Source of the DNA: a virus
Lineage: Duplodnaviria; Caudoviricetes
Strand: one strand, 5' to 3'
Virus record (IMG/VR): IMGVR_UViG_3300021387_000125
Coordinates: 2,762 to 66,761 of that record
DNA: 64,000 nt
Each line of letters begins with the position of its first letter. Positions within the stretch are counted from its first letter, which is position 1. The notes beneath the pieces were generated by a model, which searched no databases, was not told where the DNA came from, and saw only the letters and a program-made list of their open reading frames with translations. The position numbers and the translations under genes are program-made. Below are positions 47,280 through 56,686 of this stretch, piece after piece.

Positions 47280-49267
47280 AACATCTCCCACCTCTCTATA
47301 TTATCTATTTGCTCTTTAGTGCAATCTCCTATATCTTTTATCTTACGATTAGGAAATACTATATCACTAATTAATTTAGTATCTTGTAATGCTTTTCTAA
47401 GTCTGGCTCTTGCTCTTTCTCCGGCATAATCATTATCTGTTGCTAACACATAATGCCTTATTGGTAAATGTATTAGAGTATCTATCTGTTTATCTGAACC
47501 CAACCCATTTAAAGCTACTGCATACTTACCAGATTGCCATAATAATATACAATCTATCATAGACTCTGTAATGAATAACTCTGTAGGTATATGTTCTTTT
47601 CTTGAATCAATAACATATCCCCATTTTCTCAATTTCAACTCATATAATCCATATAAAGGCTTCTCTACATCTTTAGGGTAATTAAACCACTTTGTCTTAA
47701 CGCTTCTTCTTGCTACAAATAAACAGTTTCCATTTATATCTCTAACCGGAAATGTAATGCAATCAGTTTCTATATCATATCCCAAATCAAACAACTCTAT
47801 TATAGCATCATCTGTTATGCCTCGTGAAGCCCAATATTTATGATAATATCTATATTTATCCAATTCATCTTCACTTACGAAAGTACTATGTTTATCAGCA
47901 TTACTATTGCCCAAAACATTATCTTTATTGGTAATGTTATTACGGTACATATCAATTTCAACATCTTTTCTCTCCTCTATCTCTACTGCATCAAAATTTT
48001 TTATTAACCATCTCATACCCCACTTACCGAACATATCATCTTTGCCAAAGCAATATGATATAACTTCCGGTAATGTATGAGATTGCCCGCAAGCAAAACA
48101 ATTTCCGGTCAATATAAAATGTTCCAATGTAAAAGAATGTGTTGTAGTCATACAACAATATACATCCTCTACTAAATCAGTTTGTTCGACACTAACAACT
48201 TTATATCTACTTCTACCAGTATATTTTTGTACTGAATTTCTACCTTTTGCTGTTATAAAAAAATTGTCAGGTATGGTGTTTCTAACTAATCTTAATGTAT
48301 ATCCGTGTGTATCAGCTTTAACATCTATACAGCCCCTTTTTCCTTTACTTATATTTGAAGTACCTATTTCTGTTGACATTATACCGAGTTTCGTACATAT
48401 TTGCTGTATTCTATATAAATCATCATACTTATGGGAATATATAGTTAATTTGTTATTAAAACAATTACCGTCAGCTACAAAATAGCCTGCTAAAAATCCC
48501 AACAAATAAGAGTCACTCTCACTCATAGACGGTACATTTTTTAGATTTCGATTTGATTTAAACAAAGCATACTCATATTGTTTGCCATTTCCAGCTATAC
48601 CTTTTTTAATTACTGCATCCGTAAAGTATTGCTTTAATTCTAAATCTTGCTCATTATAAAAGTAACATCTGTTATAATATGTTTTATAACTCATATTATG
48701 CCCATAATTATTACCATCCCCATAGCAAAATCCGTGAATAATACCTTGAGGGTCTAATGTTGCATTACATACATTTTTTGGTACACACTTCTCTAAATAC
48801 ATATTTGGTTTAAGCTCTTGTGTTTGATATTTTCTATTGCGCTTATGTATTAGCCACTCATGTTCTGGAGTAGCATATATAATCTTCTTTTTTGTATTAC
48901 AAGATAATGTTAATTTCATAAGAGATTGTTTTCCATAATTACTAAAACAAACTTTCTCCCATTCTCCATTACCATTTAATATATGCACATTATGATTAAC
49001 TAAATGCTTAATCTCTATTGCACCATATTCTCTTGTAATAACTTTAGTATCACCCCTAAAACAATGAAACAAACCATCTTCTTTTCTTATTCCTGCACTT
49101 GGTCTACGCTCTTGCCCATTTCCGTGATATGGGCATTGTACTTGTATGTTTCTACTGCCATTAATTGTTTTCTGTAAATATGGTATATGATTAATTGTAA
49201 GTTGTCTCTGTAATTCTGTAATTACTTCCTCACAACTAGCATTTAAAATTCGACCATCTATCAACAT
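47276..49267 (-). CDS. dnaG: DnaG-like primase (CHC2 Zn finger + TOPRIM) containing an intein
   Basis: CPYH...E..PS, FH|CFACG, FITES.IDC, ATDND.AG. Confidence 0.9.
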   Translation of the reverse strand: MLIDGRILNASCEEVITELQRQLTINHIPYLQKTINGSRNIQVQCPYHGNGQERRPSAGIRKEDGLFHCFRGDTKVITREYGAIEIKHLVNHNVHILNGNGEWEKVCFSNYGKQSLMKLTLSCNTKKKIIYATPEHEWLIHKRNRKYQTQELKPNMYLEKCVPKNVCNATLDPQGIIHGFCYGDGNNYGHNMSYKTYYNRCYFYNEQDLELKQYFTDAVIKKGIAGNGKQYEYALFKSNRNLKNVPSMSESDSYLLGFLAGYFVADGNCFNNKLTIYSHKYDDLYRIQQICTKLGIMSTEIGTSNISKGKRGCIDVKADTHGYTLRLVRNTIPDNFFITAKGRNSVQKYTGRSRYKVVSVEQTDLVEDVYCCMTTTHSFTLEHFILTGNCFACGQSHTLPEVISYCFGKDDMFGKWGMRWLIKNFDAVEIEERKDVEIDMYRNNITNKDNVLGNSNADKHSTFVSEDELDKYRYYHKYWASRGITDDAIIELFDLGYDIETDCITFPVRDINGNCLFVARRSVKTKWFNYPKDVEKPLYGLYELKLRKWGYVIDSRKEHIPTELFITESMIDCILLWQSGKYAVALNGLGSDKQIDTLIHLPIRHYVLATDNDYAGERARARLRKALQDTKLISDIVFPNRKIKDIGDCTKEQIDNIERWEMF
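48101..49063 (-). mobile_element. 321-aa intein with LAGLIDADG endonuclease
   Basis: Starts CFRGDTKV, block B ATPEHEW, LAGYFVADG, block F VEDVYC, ends TGN before Cys+1. Confidence 0.92.
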
Positions 49268-49457
49268 CTATTCTTTTACCTTTCATATATAGTTTACAGT
49301 TGTCATAATCTTCTCCACGCCTATCTATAGTTTCACCACTGTTTAGTCGTGTTAAACAAGTTTCACCAGTAACTCCAGATATATTACATACTATATACAT
49401 ACCCATCTTTCTTGAGTATGCACATTTATTACATTTAGTCTTATCAAACTTGCTCAT
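49236..49457 (-). CDS. Small Cys-rich protein
   Basis: 73 aa, C..C...C...C...C. Confidence 0.55.
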   Translation of the reverse strand: MSKFDKTKCNKCAYSRKMGMYIVCNISGVTGETCLTRLNSGETIDRRGEDYDNCKLYMKGKRIDVDRWSNFKC

Positions 49458-49671
49458 TGTTTAACCCCCTTTTTAGCTCTTGAACTGCTGTAAAGCACTC
49501 TGTTGCCGAGTCTGTATTGAATGTTTGTAACCACTCTTCGTAAGATTGTCTCTCAGCGTGCTCTATAATCGTATCAAGTGCCTCATTTATCATAAGTGTT
49601 CTATCAAGATTTAATAAGTTATGAGCATAACACTCACTCTTAACTATCTTCTTAGCATCATCAAAATTCAT
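49444..49671 (-). CDS. Hypothetical protein
   Basis: 75 aa, overlapping start/stop. Confidence 0.55.
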   Translation of the reverse strand: MNFDDAKKIVKSECYAHNLLNLDRTLMINEALDTIIEHAERQSYEEWLQTFNTDSATECFTAVQELKRGLNNEQV

Positions 49672-50036
49672 TCTTCCACCTCCATTTTTGCACCGCAGTT
49701 AGGGCAATATTTACTTTTCTTAAAATCAACCGCCTCACATTTAGAACATTCATACGGTGTAAAACCCTCGCCCATAGCTATCCATTTCCCTAACTTCTGC
49801 TGTGGTGTTACGGATGGTAACTGTTGTAACGCTAAATCAATATCACATATAGTTCCATAATTTATAGGATATTGTTCTCTGTCATCTATGTGCATTTCTT
49901 TTATACGAGCTACTATTCCTATAGCTTCTTCTCTGCTTATGCAATCATCACAAGTAAAAGCATCAATCACAGATTTAATCTGTTCATCACTCATTCCACT
50001 TGACTTGAGATAGTATATAGCTTCTTCTCTGTTCAT
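49668..50036 (-). CDS. Zn-ribbon accessory protein
   Basis: DCISREEA..LPSVTP..G.W..CS.C...YCPNCGAKM. Confidence 0.7.
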   Translation of the reverse strand: MNREEAIYYLKSSGMSDEQIKSVIDAFTCDDCISREEAIGIVARIKEMHIDDREQYPINYGTICDIDLALQQLPSVTPQQKLGKWIAMGEGFTPYECSKCEAVDFKKSKYCPNCGAKMEVEE

Positions 50037-50037
50037 A

Positions 50038-50388
50038 TCACTCCTCACTTTCTGCAATATCAATCATTGCATCCGCATAACCGCAGTTGTAACCTAGGTT
50101 GAAATCATTTTCCACGTCTGGAATTGACGGTGTGACGGATGGCAAATTTCCGACCACTTCAAGACATCCATCAATAGCCTCAACACCTGTATTTCCCCAA
50201 TCTTGTTTTTCTTCTTCGATAGCTTTTAAGGCTTCAGCTCTGCTTATACAATCCTCGCAAGACTCTTGCTCTTTTTGTTCATACGCTTGTTCTAACATTT
50301 TCCACATTTGTTCTGAGTCTATATTGTCTATTGCATTTATAATGCTAAACTTGATATTATTCACAATTTTAATTTGTTCACTTGTCAT
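50038..50388 (-). CDS. Accessory protein paralogous to 49668-50036
   Basis: CEDCISR.EA...LPSVTP. Confidence 0.6.
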   Translation of the reverse strand: MTSEQIKIVNNIKFSIINAIDNIDSEQMWKMLEQAYEQKEQESCEDCISRAEALKAIEEEKQDWGNTGVEAIDGCLEVVGNLPSVTPSIPDVENDFNLGYNCGYADAMIDIAESEE

Positions 50389-50720
50389 TCGCTATCACTC
50401 CCTTCTATGATTGTTGGTGCATTTACGATTGTTTGCTGACAACATTCAAATCCAAGTTGGTCATAAAATCTGTGAATAGGCAAATAATCTTCATCCTTCT
50501 TTTCCCATTCATCTTCGTGCTTATAAAAGTTCTGCCAAGCAATAGTAAGAGTTCTATCAGCATCAATCAACCTTCCGTGATGCTTTGGAAGTGGTTTGCC
50601 AAGTCTTAATGCTCTTGCCATTTCACATACATCGTCTACCGCTATTTCATTGTCTTGTATGCCATTGTCAAAAAGCCTTGTATATACATCTTCGGGTATC
50701 TTAATTACTATTTCCATCAT
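50385..50720 (-). CDS. Accessory hypothetical protein
   Basis: EIVI.IPE, HGRLIDAD, APTII motifs common in Clostridia phages. Confidence 0.65.
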   Translation of the reverse strand: MMEIVIKIPEDVYTRLFDNGIQDNEIAVDDVCEMARALRLGKPLPKHHGRLIDADRTLTIAWQNFYKHEDEWEKKDEDYLPIHRFYDQLGFECCQQTIVNAPTIIEGSDSE

Positions 50721-50901
50721 CAGCGTTTACCCCTTCGTTCCAATATCTACATCTAAAACCGTGCATTTTTGGTCTATTCATATAATTCTTACTGTTCTTG
50801 CCCTCGAATAATAAGTGCTTACCCATCTTACATTTGTAGATATACTTTGGATTAAATGCTACTCTGCACCAAAAACAATTACTACAATTCTTCATCAGCA
50901 T
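50701..50901 (-). CDS. Small Cys-containing protein
   Basis: 66 aa, CSNC..C. Confidence 0.45.
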   Translation of the reverse strand: MLMKNCSNCFWCRVAFNPKYIYKCKMGKHLLFEGKNSKNYMNRPKMHGFRCRYWNEGVNADDGNSN

Positions 50902-50906
50902 TTACC

Positions 50907-51098
50907 TCACTGTTCTCCAAAACTTAATAAGCATTTATTTATTGCTCCTATCAATTCAGTTCCCTTTACTGTATATCGTTTTCCTTCAACTTCCAATTCC
51001 ACCATTGTATCTGAATAACACCACGCATTATGTACTTTGATTCTTGTTTGTGCTGGATTAGAATAATCATTTATTTCACAAGTTACTTTCATCAGCAT
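50907..51098 (-). CDS. Hypothetical protein
   Basis: 63 aa, GGAGGT RBS. Confidence 0.55.
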   Translation of the reverse strand: MLMKVTCEINDYSNPAQTRIKVHNAWCYSDTMVELEVEGKRYTVKGTELIGAINKCLLSFGEQ

Positions 51099-51528
51099 TT
51101 ACCTCCCTTGCTTTCATCTTCGCCCATCTATACCAACATAATGGTTTTTGGTTGTCACAATATTTTTCGCAATAGTTATCTGCCATAACCAAATCTTCAC
51201 AACAAACATCTAAACCCATATCAGCAAGAAATTGCCCTAATATATCTAAAACCATTCTTGATTCCTTTAACTCTTTCAGCCAATCCGCAAGCTGTTTAAA
51301 ATCAAAACATCCTTGCAAATTACCGTGAGTACGCTCATACTCGGCATTATCGGTATATCTTTTAATCGCTTCTTCAATCGTCATTGTTATCATTCCCTTT
51401 TGTTTTGCCCATATCTCAGCTTCACATTTATCTGTACCTCTAACACATTTAACATTGTCGCATAATGGACAACATACTTTGTATTTTAAGTTGTTAATTT
51501 CTTCAAGTGTCATTATTGCTATCCTCAC
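51076..51528 (-). CDS. Hypothetical protein
   Basis: 150 aa; possibly two fused modules. Confidence 0.55.
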   Translation of the reverse strand: MRIAIMTLEEINNLKYKVCCPLCDNVKCVRGTDKCEAEIWAKQKGMITMTIEEAIKRYTDNAEYERTHGNLQGCFDFKQLADWLKELKESRMVLDILGQFLADMGLDVCCEDLVMADNYCEKYCDNQKPLCWYRWAKMKAREVNADESNL

Positions 51529-51833
51529 TTTCTACCAAAACTTACCCATATATCAGATGAATACTTCATGGAATGGGACCTATCTAAATCTCGGTCTTTA
51601 TTTACTATCATGTTTTCTCTTATAAATTTTAAGAAATCGATTGATAATTGATGTCTGGCTTCATCTTCTATTACTTCTTCTCCAAGTTTTTCGACTTCAA
51701 TTAAAGGAAAAATCCTATATGCTCTTAAATGCTCAGCTTCAACATTTATAACTCTGTAAACATCTCTAAGTGGTTGACTTTTTATATAATCAAGCTCTCT
51801 TTTCAGCTTCTTAGCTTTCTGTCTTGCATTCAT
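51525..51833 (-). CDS. Hypothetical protein
   Basis: 102 aa, GGAGGT RBS. Confidence 0.6.
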   Translation of the reverse strand: MNARQKAKKLKRELDYIKSQPLRDVYRVINVEAEHLRAYRIFPLIEVEKLGEEVIEDEARHQLSIDFLKFIRENMIVNKDRDLDRSHSMKYSSDIWVSFGRK

Positions 51834-52008
51834 CTGCGTTTACCTCCCTCTCATTAAAATCAGCCCATTTCCATACATAATATAAAGCTCTCGCTATTGG
51901 TTTCTTTGTCACGCCATCATTTTTAAATTCTTCAACATATCTTTCAAGCATCAATTCTGCATCATACATATTTACCTTTGGTAATTTTCTTTTTGCCATC
52001 TTGCTCAC
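51811..52008 (-). CDS. Hypothetical protein
   Basis: 65 aa. Confidence 0.5.
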   Translation of the reverse strand: MSKMAKRKLPKVNMYDAELMLERYVEEFKNDGVTKKPIARALYYVWKWADFNEREVNADECKTES

Positions 52009-52188
52009 CTACCATTTCAATAACTGTCCGCACTTAGGACAGATGTTCTCGTATCTAATTAACCTCTTACTACACGTTGGACAACAATATTCTGTTCTGA
52101 TAATATTGCCATAGCCCTCTACAAATCCGTCATTATCTTCGTATACATTTACTTCTTTAAACTCATTTAACTCATCTATATTTACCAT
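52009..52188 (-). CDS. Zn-ribbon protein (59 aa)
   Basis: Manual translation MVNIDELNEF...CPTCSK....CPKCGQ; TAATG coupling with dnaB. Confidence 0.6.
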   Translation of the reverse strand: MVNIDELNEFKEVNVYEDNDGFVEGYGNIIRTEYCCPTCSKRLIRYENICPKCGQLLKW

Positions 52189-53468
52189 TAGAATACATCC
52201 TCTTTCTCTACAACTTTCTTCTTCGGTCTATCTGTATTGATAGAACCGTTTTCACTTATAAACTCTCCTATGTCGGGGTTCCATTGATAGCTTATCTTAT
52301 CACCTATTCTATTGCCTCTACCCTTTTTAACTTGTAAAGTAATTACCTCATCCGGTCCTTTTCTTACTGCTAATACTATTGTTGCATTATGAGATATACC
52401 ATCACTATCCCTAATACTCTCAAGCTCTGGTAAATCATCACTCTCAGCATCAACTACCCCGCCCCTATTAGCTTGCACTACTACAAGTATAGGTATCTGT
52501 AACTCCATACCTAGTGTCTTTAAATCCTCAGATATGTTTGTAAGAGATGTTGTTTTATTATCATTTCTTTTACCCCTTTCATCACTTAAATATGTAATAC
52601 CATCTATAGCTAATAAATCTAACTTATGCTCTTTAACAAAAGCTCTCAGCTTTGATATAGTTATTTTATTATTAAAATCTTCTGATGGTGTAGCTACTAT
52701 AAACTTATTTGGTTTATTCTTTAACTCATCTACATACTTCTTGTATTCATCTACATTAAAATCTTCTTTACCCCACATAAGCCCTTGATTACTAAAGTTC
52801 TTATGTAATGTATCAAATCTATAGCCTACACTTAACGCTCCCATTTCTGGTGAGATATAACCGACATTAAAGCCTATCTCCCATACGTGTGTACACATCT
52901 TCTCAAGCACCCACGACTTTCCGTGATTAGTTCGTGCAAAGATTACAAACAATTCTTCTCGTCTATTAAGTCCGTGAATTACATCATCTAATTCTTTAAA
53001 ACCAGTTGTGAAAAACCAATTATCTTGATTATCTCGTGTATCTATATATGCATCATATCTAGCAACAGCATTTTGAATAATGTCTACTCCACCAACTTTA
53101 TAGTTAGGTTGTAAATCTTTTATAGCTTGCATCATATACTCAACAGCTTGGTTACTATCTGTTTTCATATACTTTGCTATATTCTGAACAACCGGAACAG
53201 CTTTATTATATAGCCAATCTTCTCGTATAGCATCAATTAAATACTCATCCGACTCTGATATTTCAGCTATTTCAAAATCTGCAAACTGTGGTTGTGATTT
53301 GAATGTTAGAATATCTGGTACATTACCATACTCTTTATAGTGGTTCATTATGTAGTCATATTCTTCTTCATATCCTTTAAAATAATCTCTTGTTAATTGA
53401 TTATCCTCTATGATAGATATATCTTTGCTAAGAAGCACCCGTGATAAAACTTGTAATGATATAATCAT
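52188..53468 (-). CDS. dnaB: DnaB-like replicative helicase
   Basis: TGF.ELD, ARTNHGKS, SPEM, IDG..Y, Q.NR, IRDSD. Confidence 0.92.
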   Translation of the reverse strand: MIISLQVLSRVLLSKDISIIEDNQLTRDYFKGYEEEYDYIMNHYKEYGNVPDILTFKSQPQFADFEIAEISESDEYLIDAIREDWLYNKAVPVVQNIAKYMKTDSNQAVEYMMQAIKDLQPNYKVGGVDIIQNAVARYDAYIDTRDNQDNWFFTTGFKELDDVIHGLNRREELFVIFARTNHGKSWVLEKMCTHVWEIGFNVGYISPEMGALSVGYRFDTLHKNFSNQGLMWGKEDFNVDEYKKYVDELKNKPNKFIVATPSEDFNNKITISKLRAFVKEHKLDLLAIDGITYLSDERGKRNDNKTTSLTNISEDLKTLGMELQIPILVVVQANRGGVVDAESDDLPELESIRDSDGISHNATIVLAVRKGPDEVITLQVKKGRGNRIGDKISYQWNPDIGEFISENGSINTDRPKKKVVEKEDVF

Positions 53469-54128
53469 CTATCTCATATCCTTTCCCTTTAACTCCACTA
53501 TTTCGCTAGTGTAATATATTCTACTTGCGATTTTTGCCCCTACTAAATCCGCCAGCTCTTCTACGCTTGTACAATTTGTAGTAAATATATTAGACTTCTC
53601 CGCAAGTATTCGCTTATCTATTATATTATAAAACTGAGTATAGTCATACTGCGACATTGTAGTAAGAGCTATATCATCCCATACAACTAAATCTACATTC
53701 TTTAAATTATCAAGATATGTTTTAGAAACTGGGTTATTAAAGTCCTTTAATTGCAATAACAAATCTGCTGTAGATACAAACATACCTTTAAGATTATCAT
53801 AGTTTCCTACCGCTGTGTGATGAAAGTATGTATGAAGCATCTTAATTGCCCAACTTGTCTTGCCATTACCAGTCCACTTACTACAGATATATAAATTGTT
53901 ACCTGCTTCTACAAAGCTTACTATATCTTTTCGTATTTCTGATAGTCTATAAAAAGCTTGTTTATCGCCTCTATTATCATCTGTGAGATATAATGAAATA
54001 GGTCTTTGTTTAGCTTCTGGCAATCCGCTATGAGTCATCTGATACTTCATCTGAAAGAATACCGCACACGTACTACAATCATCTTCGCAAGTATCTTTAT
54101 ACCAGCACTCAGAATTTCTCTGTTCCAT
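53469..54128 (-). CDS. dnaC: DnaC/IstB-like helicase loader ATPase
   Basis: TGNGKT, VWDDI, IFTTN, IASRI. Confidence 0.85.
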   Translation of the reverse strand: MEQRNSECWYKDTCEDDCSTCAVFFQMKYQMTHSGLPEAKQRPISLYLTDDNRGDKQAFYRLSEIRKDIVSFVEAGNNLYICSKWTGNGKTSWAIKMLHTYFHHTAVGNYDNLKGMFVSTADLLLQLKDFNNPVSKTYLDNLKNVDLVVWDDIALTTMSQYDYTQFYNIIDKRILAEKSNIFTTNCTSVEELADLVGAKIASRIYYTSEIVELKGKDMR

Positions 54129-54879
54129 ATTTTGCTACCTCCTTTCTCTTATTACTGTGCTCTACATATAAATCACCACTTTCACTTATTCTGTCGTGAG
54201 TAGTACTACGTTTCTTCTTGCCTCCATATTTACCCTCTAAGATATTAATAAACTTATCTTCTCTAAGAATGAAATCTATATCAGCTTTCCAACCTCTATC
54301 ATTATTGCCTATAAGAAAATCACTCTCTTCTATTTTATCAAAGCAATCTAATATATCATCCTTACTAAACTTATTAAGTATCTTGATTATTGCTTTTCTT
54401 CTCTTATCTGACAACTTCATTACTCTAGGTAAGCTAACACAAGTACTGTGATAGTTGTTCAAAAACCACTCTACTTCTTTATTATCTATTTTATTATTTA
54501 TATCTATATCTTTAGATATAGATATATTACTATTATTATTGAGTAAAAAATTTTGACTAGGGGGTAGTAAATTTTTTTGACTAGTGTAGTCAAAATTTTT
54601 GACTACCTCAGCATTATATTCATAACTATTAGATTTTGTGTTATCAGTACATAAATGCTTGATTATATATCCATTATCAACAAGCTTCTTTATTGAATTA
54701 ATTATAGTTTGTTTAGATAAATTAAATGTATCTGCTATAGTTTCTAAACTACTATAACATTTATTCTGCCCATCTCTACTGTAACTATAGATATATGCAA
54801 ACACCAATAAATCATTTCCTTTTAGATTTAATTCATTACACATCCATCCGTGTATTGTTACATAGTTATCTGATTTCAC
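54109..54879 (-). CDS. Replication initiator (HTH, lambda O-like)
   Basis: L.G.DL.V.A.IY...SLE.IA..F.LSK.TI...IK.LV..GYI; C-terminal WKA.IDF.LR..LEGKY. Confidence 0.8.
   Translation of the reverse strand: MKSDNYVTIHGWMCNELNLKGNDLLVFAYIYSYSRDGQNKCYSSLETIADTFNLSKQTIINSIKKLVDNGYIIKHLCTDNTKSNSYEYNAEVVKNFDYTSQKNLLPPSQNFLLNNNSNISISKDIDINNKIDNKEVEWFLNNYHSTCVSLPRVMKLSDKRRKAIIKILNKFSKDDILDCFDKIEESDFLIGNNDRGWKADIDFILREDKFINILEGKYGGKKKRSTTHDRISESGDLYVEHSNKRKEVAKYGTEKF
54545..54606. repeat. Iteron-like repeats inside the initiator gene (candidate origin)
   Basis: AAATTTT(TT)GACTA x3, including the palindrome TAGTCAAAATTTTTGACTA; AT-rich flank. Confidence 0.6.
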
Positions 54880-54899
54880 CTTTATTCTCCTTATAATTA

Positions 54900-55045
54900 A
54901 AATAGCTCATACGAAAGAGTGATGCGGCACTCAATCATATAAGCTATTGGTTAGCTGAAACTATGAGGTTATATGTTGAACTCCGCATAGCTCAACTAAC
55001 CTATTTTTGCGAAAATGTTAGTGAAAAAGTATTTCGCAGTGCATC
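54900..55045 (-). ncRNA. Structured 5' leader of the initiator gene
   Basis: Stems GGTTAGTTGAGCTATG/CATAGTTTCAGCTAACC, AATAGCTT/GAGCTATT, TGCGAAA/TTTCGCA. Confidence 0.45.
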
Positions 55046-55055
55046 TGACATTATT

Positions 55056-55084
55056 ATAATATCATTATATCACGCATTTGTCAA
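55056..55084 (-). promoter_or_regulatory. Promoter upstream of the initiator leader
   Basis: TTGACA-N17-TATTAT; CGTGATATAAT lies in the spacer. Confidence 0.55.
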
Positions 55085-55085
55085 G

Positions 55086-55322
55086 TTATCTTTTCTTGCC
55101 GTATGCATCTAATATATCTTGTATCTGACCGTCTACTTCTTCGTTGCAAGTTTCCCATAAAAATGTGCGCTCTTTCTCTATATCACAATCTTCTGGTACT
55201 GTACGCTCTTCGGTCCATTCGATTGTATAAAAGTTATCACCGACTTTTATAGATGCTCTACTACTAGCTTTAATAGTAGTAGTGATTGCTTTGCTCTCAT
55301 ACGCTTTTTTTGGTCTACCCAT
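55086..55322 (-). CDS. Hypothetical protein
   Basis: 78 aa, AAGGAG RBS. Confidence 0.65.
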   Translation of the reverse strand: MGRPKKAYESKAITTTIKASSRASIKVGDNFYTIEWTEERTVPEDCDIEKERTFLWETCNEEVDGQIQDILDAYGKKR

Positions 55323-55323
55323 T

Positions 55324-55698
55324 TTATTTCTCCTTTATATACTTTCTGAATAGATTGTTATAGTTACCCTTATTATTTAGTGCTTTCTTCATAAAGCATA
55401 ATGCAAGCCCAGTTTCTTTATTGTATATATCATCTTTACCACACTTAACAACTGTTTTTGTACCATCTTCCCAATATACAATAGTAGCTGGGTCATTAAA
55501 GATAACTTCTTTAATTTTAAAATAAGGTTTTATATCCATTTGATAAGTAAGGTCATTATATATATCTTTCATTATTATATCTGCTACTTCAAAAGAACCA
55601 CAAAACTCAGCTTTAAATGGGTCATATGTTGTTGTGTATGAATGTTTTGGTTCAATCTCACCTAATTTTACTTTTGTAGTATATGTTTTAAAATCCAT
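55324..55698 (-). CDS. Hypothetical protein
   Basis: IKEVIFNDPATIV.W.DG.KTVVKC motif common in phages. Confidence 0.7.
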   Translation of the reverse strand: MDFKTYTTKVKLGEIEPKHSYTTTYDPFKAEFCGSFEVADIIMKDIYNDLTYQMDIKPYFKIKEVIFNDPATIVYWEDGTKTVVKCGKDDIYNKETGLALCFMKKALNNKGNYNNLFRKYIKEK

Positions 55699-55699
55699 A

Positions 55700-56134
55700 T
55701 TATTTATTCTCCTTTATCTTGCTTATTCTGAGTGTTACTACATCCTTACGTTCTGTACAACTGTCTAATAGCTCTATAAGTTCATCTTTAATCTTCTTAC
55801 TCTCTATATCTCGTTTATTATTTAAGCTGTATATAAGAGACTCAAGATTATCCATATCTATATATTCTTTTGTTTTAATGATATTATTCAGTTCAAAACA
55901 CTCTCTCATATCATCACTAAGCTTTGCGAGTATTTTATCTTCTTTTATATCATCTCTTGTCGATACGGATTTTGTAGCTTTATAGCCACCAGCTTCGTAT
56001 GTACCCTCTTCCATCAATTCTTTAATCTGTTTGTTCTCGCTATCACAAATCTTCTTATAGTCATCTAACATAGCTTTGTTTTCAGCATATGTAGGTATAA
56101 GCTCGTCAAGTGATACTGCTTTTACTCTTGCCAT
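55700..56134 (-). CDS. Hypothetical protein
   Basis: 144 aa, GGAGGT RBS. Confidence 0.65.
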   Translation of the reverse strand: MARVKAVSLDELIPTYAENKAMLDDYKKICDSENKQIKELMEEGTYEAGGYKATKSVSTRDDIKEDKILAKLSDDMRECFELNNIIKTKEYIDMDNLESLIYSLNNKRDIESKKIKDELIELLDSCTERKDVVTLRISKIKENK

Positions 56135-56136
56135 AG

Positions 56137-56337
56137 TTACCTCCTAATCAAATCAAATAGTCTAAAGAAATTAAATCTCCAATATGTGAATGTTTCATCT
56201 CCTGCTGAGTTATGCATAATTATGTTTATATAACTAAGCAATATCCACAGAGCTATTAATATCATCACACCATAGATTGAATAATAAATTATGTAGTTTC
56301 GCCAATCATATCGTTTCAATAGTTTTAATAGTTTCAC
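56137..56337 (-). CDS. Small membrane protein
   Basis: One hydrophobic segment. Confidence 0.5.
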   Translation of the reverse strand: MKLLKLLKRYDWRNYIIYYSIYGVMILIALWILLSYINIIMHNSAGDETFTYWRFNFFRLFDLIRR

Positions 56338-56630
56338 TAGTTTTTCTCCTTTTTCTCTTTTTTAACGTACCGCTGAGTCACACTACCCATAAATCCATTT
56401 CTTCCCCAAACAATCTGAGACTTAAACTTAATGAGCTTTGATATATCACTTTCTCTCCAGTATCTAGTCTGTCTCGTTGTTTGCTGTATAGGGTCTGGTA
56501 GTAACTCGCACATTTCATTACTTGGGTTGTTTCGCTTAAACTTATACCAATTATTAAGAGTAGGTATTGATATATCCAATAATAGTGCAACCTCTACAGC
56601 TTTAAGAAGTCTCTCTGACATTCTCATCAT
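56337..56630 (-). CDS. MerR/excisionase-like HTH protein
   Basis: LL.A.EVA.LL.IS..TL.NW....RYW.ESDI. Confidence 0.7.
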   Translation of the reverse strand: MMRMSERLLKAVEVALLLDISIPTLNNWYKFKRNNPSNEMCELLPDPIQQTTRQTRYWRESDISKLIKFKSQIVWGRNGFMGSVTQRYVKKEKKEKN

Positions 56631-56657
56631 CTCCTTTCATAAACATTTATCTTAAAC

Positions 56658-56686
56658 ATTATATCACGCTATTATTGTATTGTCAA
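56658..56686 (-). promoter_or_regulatory. Sigma-A promoter with extended -10
   Basis: TTGACA-N17(...CGTGA)-TATAAT. Confidence 0.8.
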
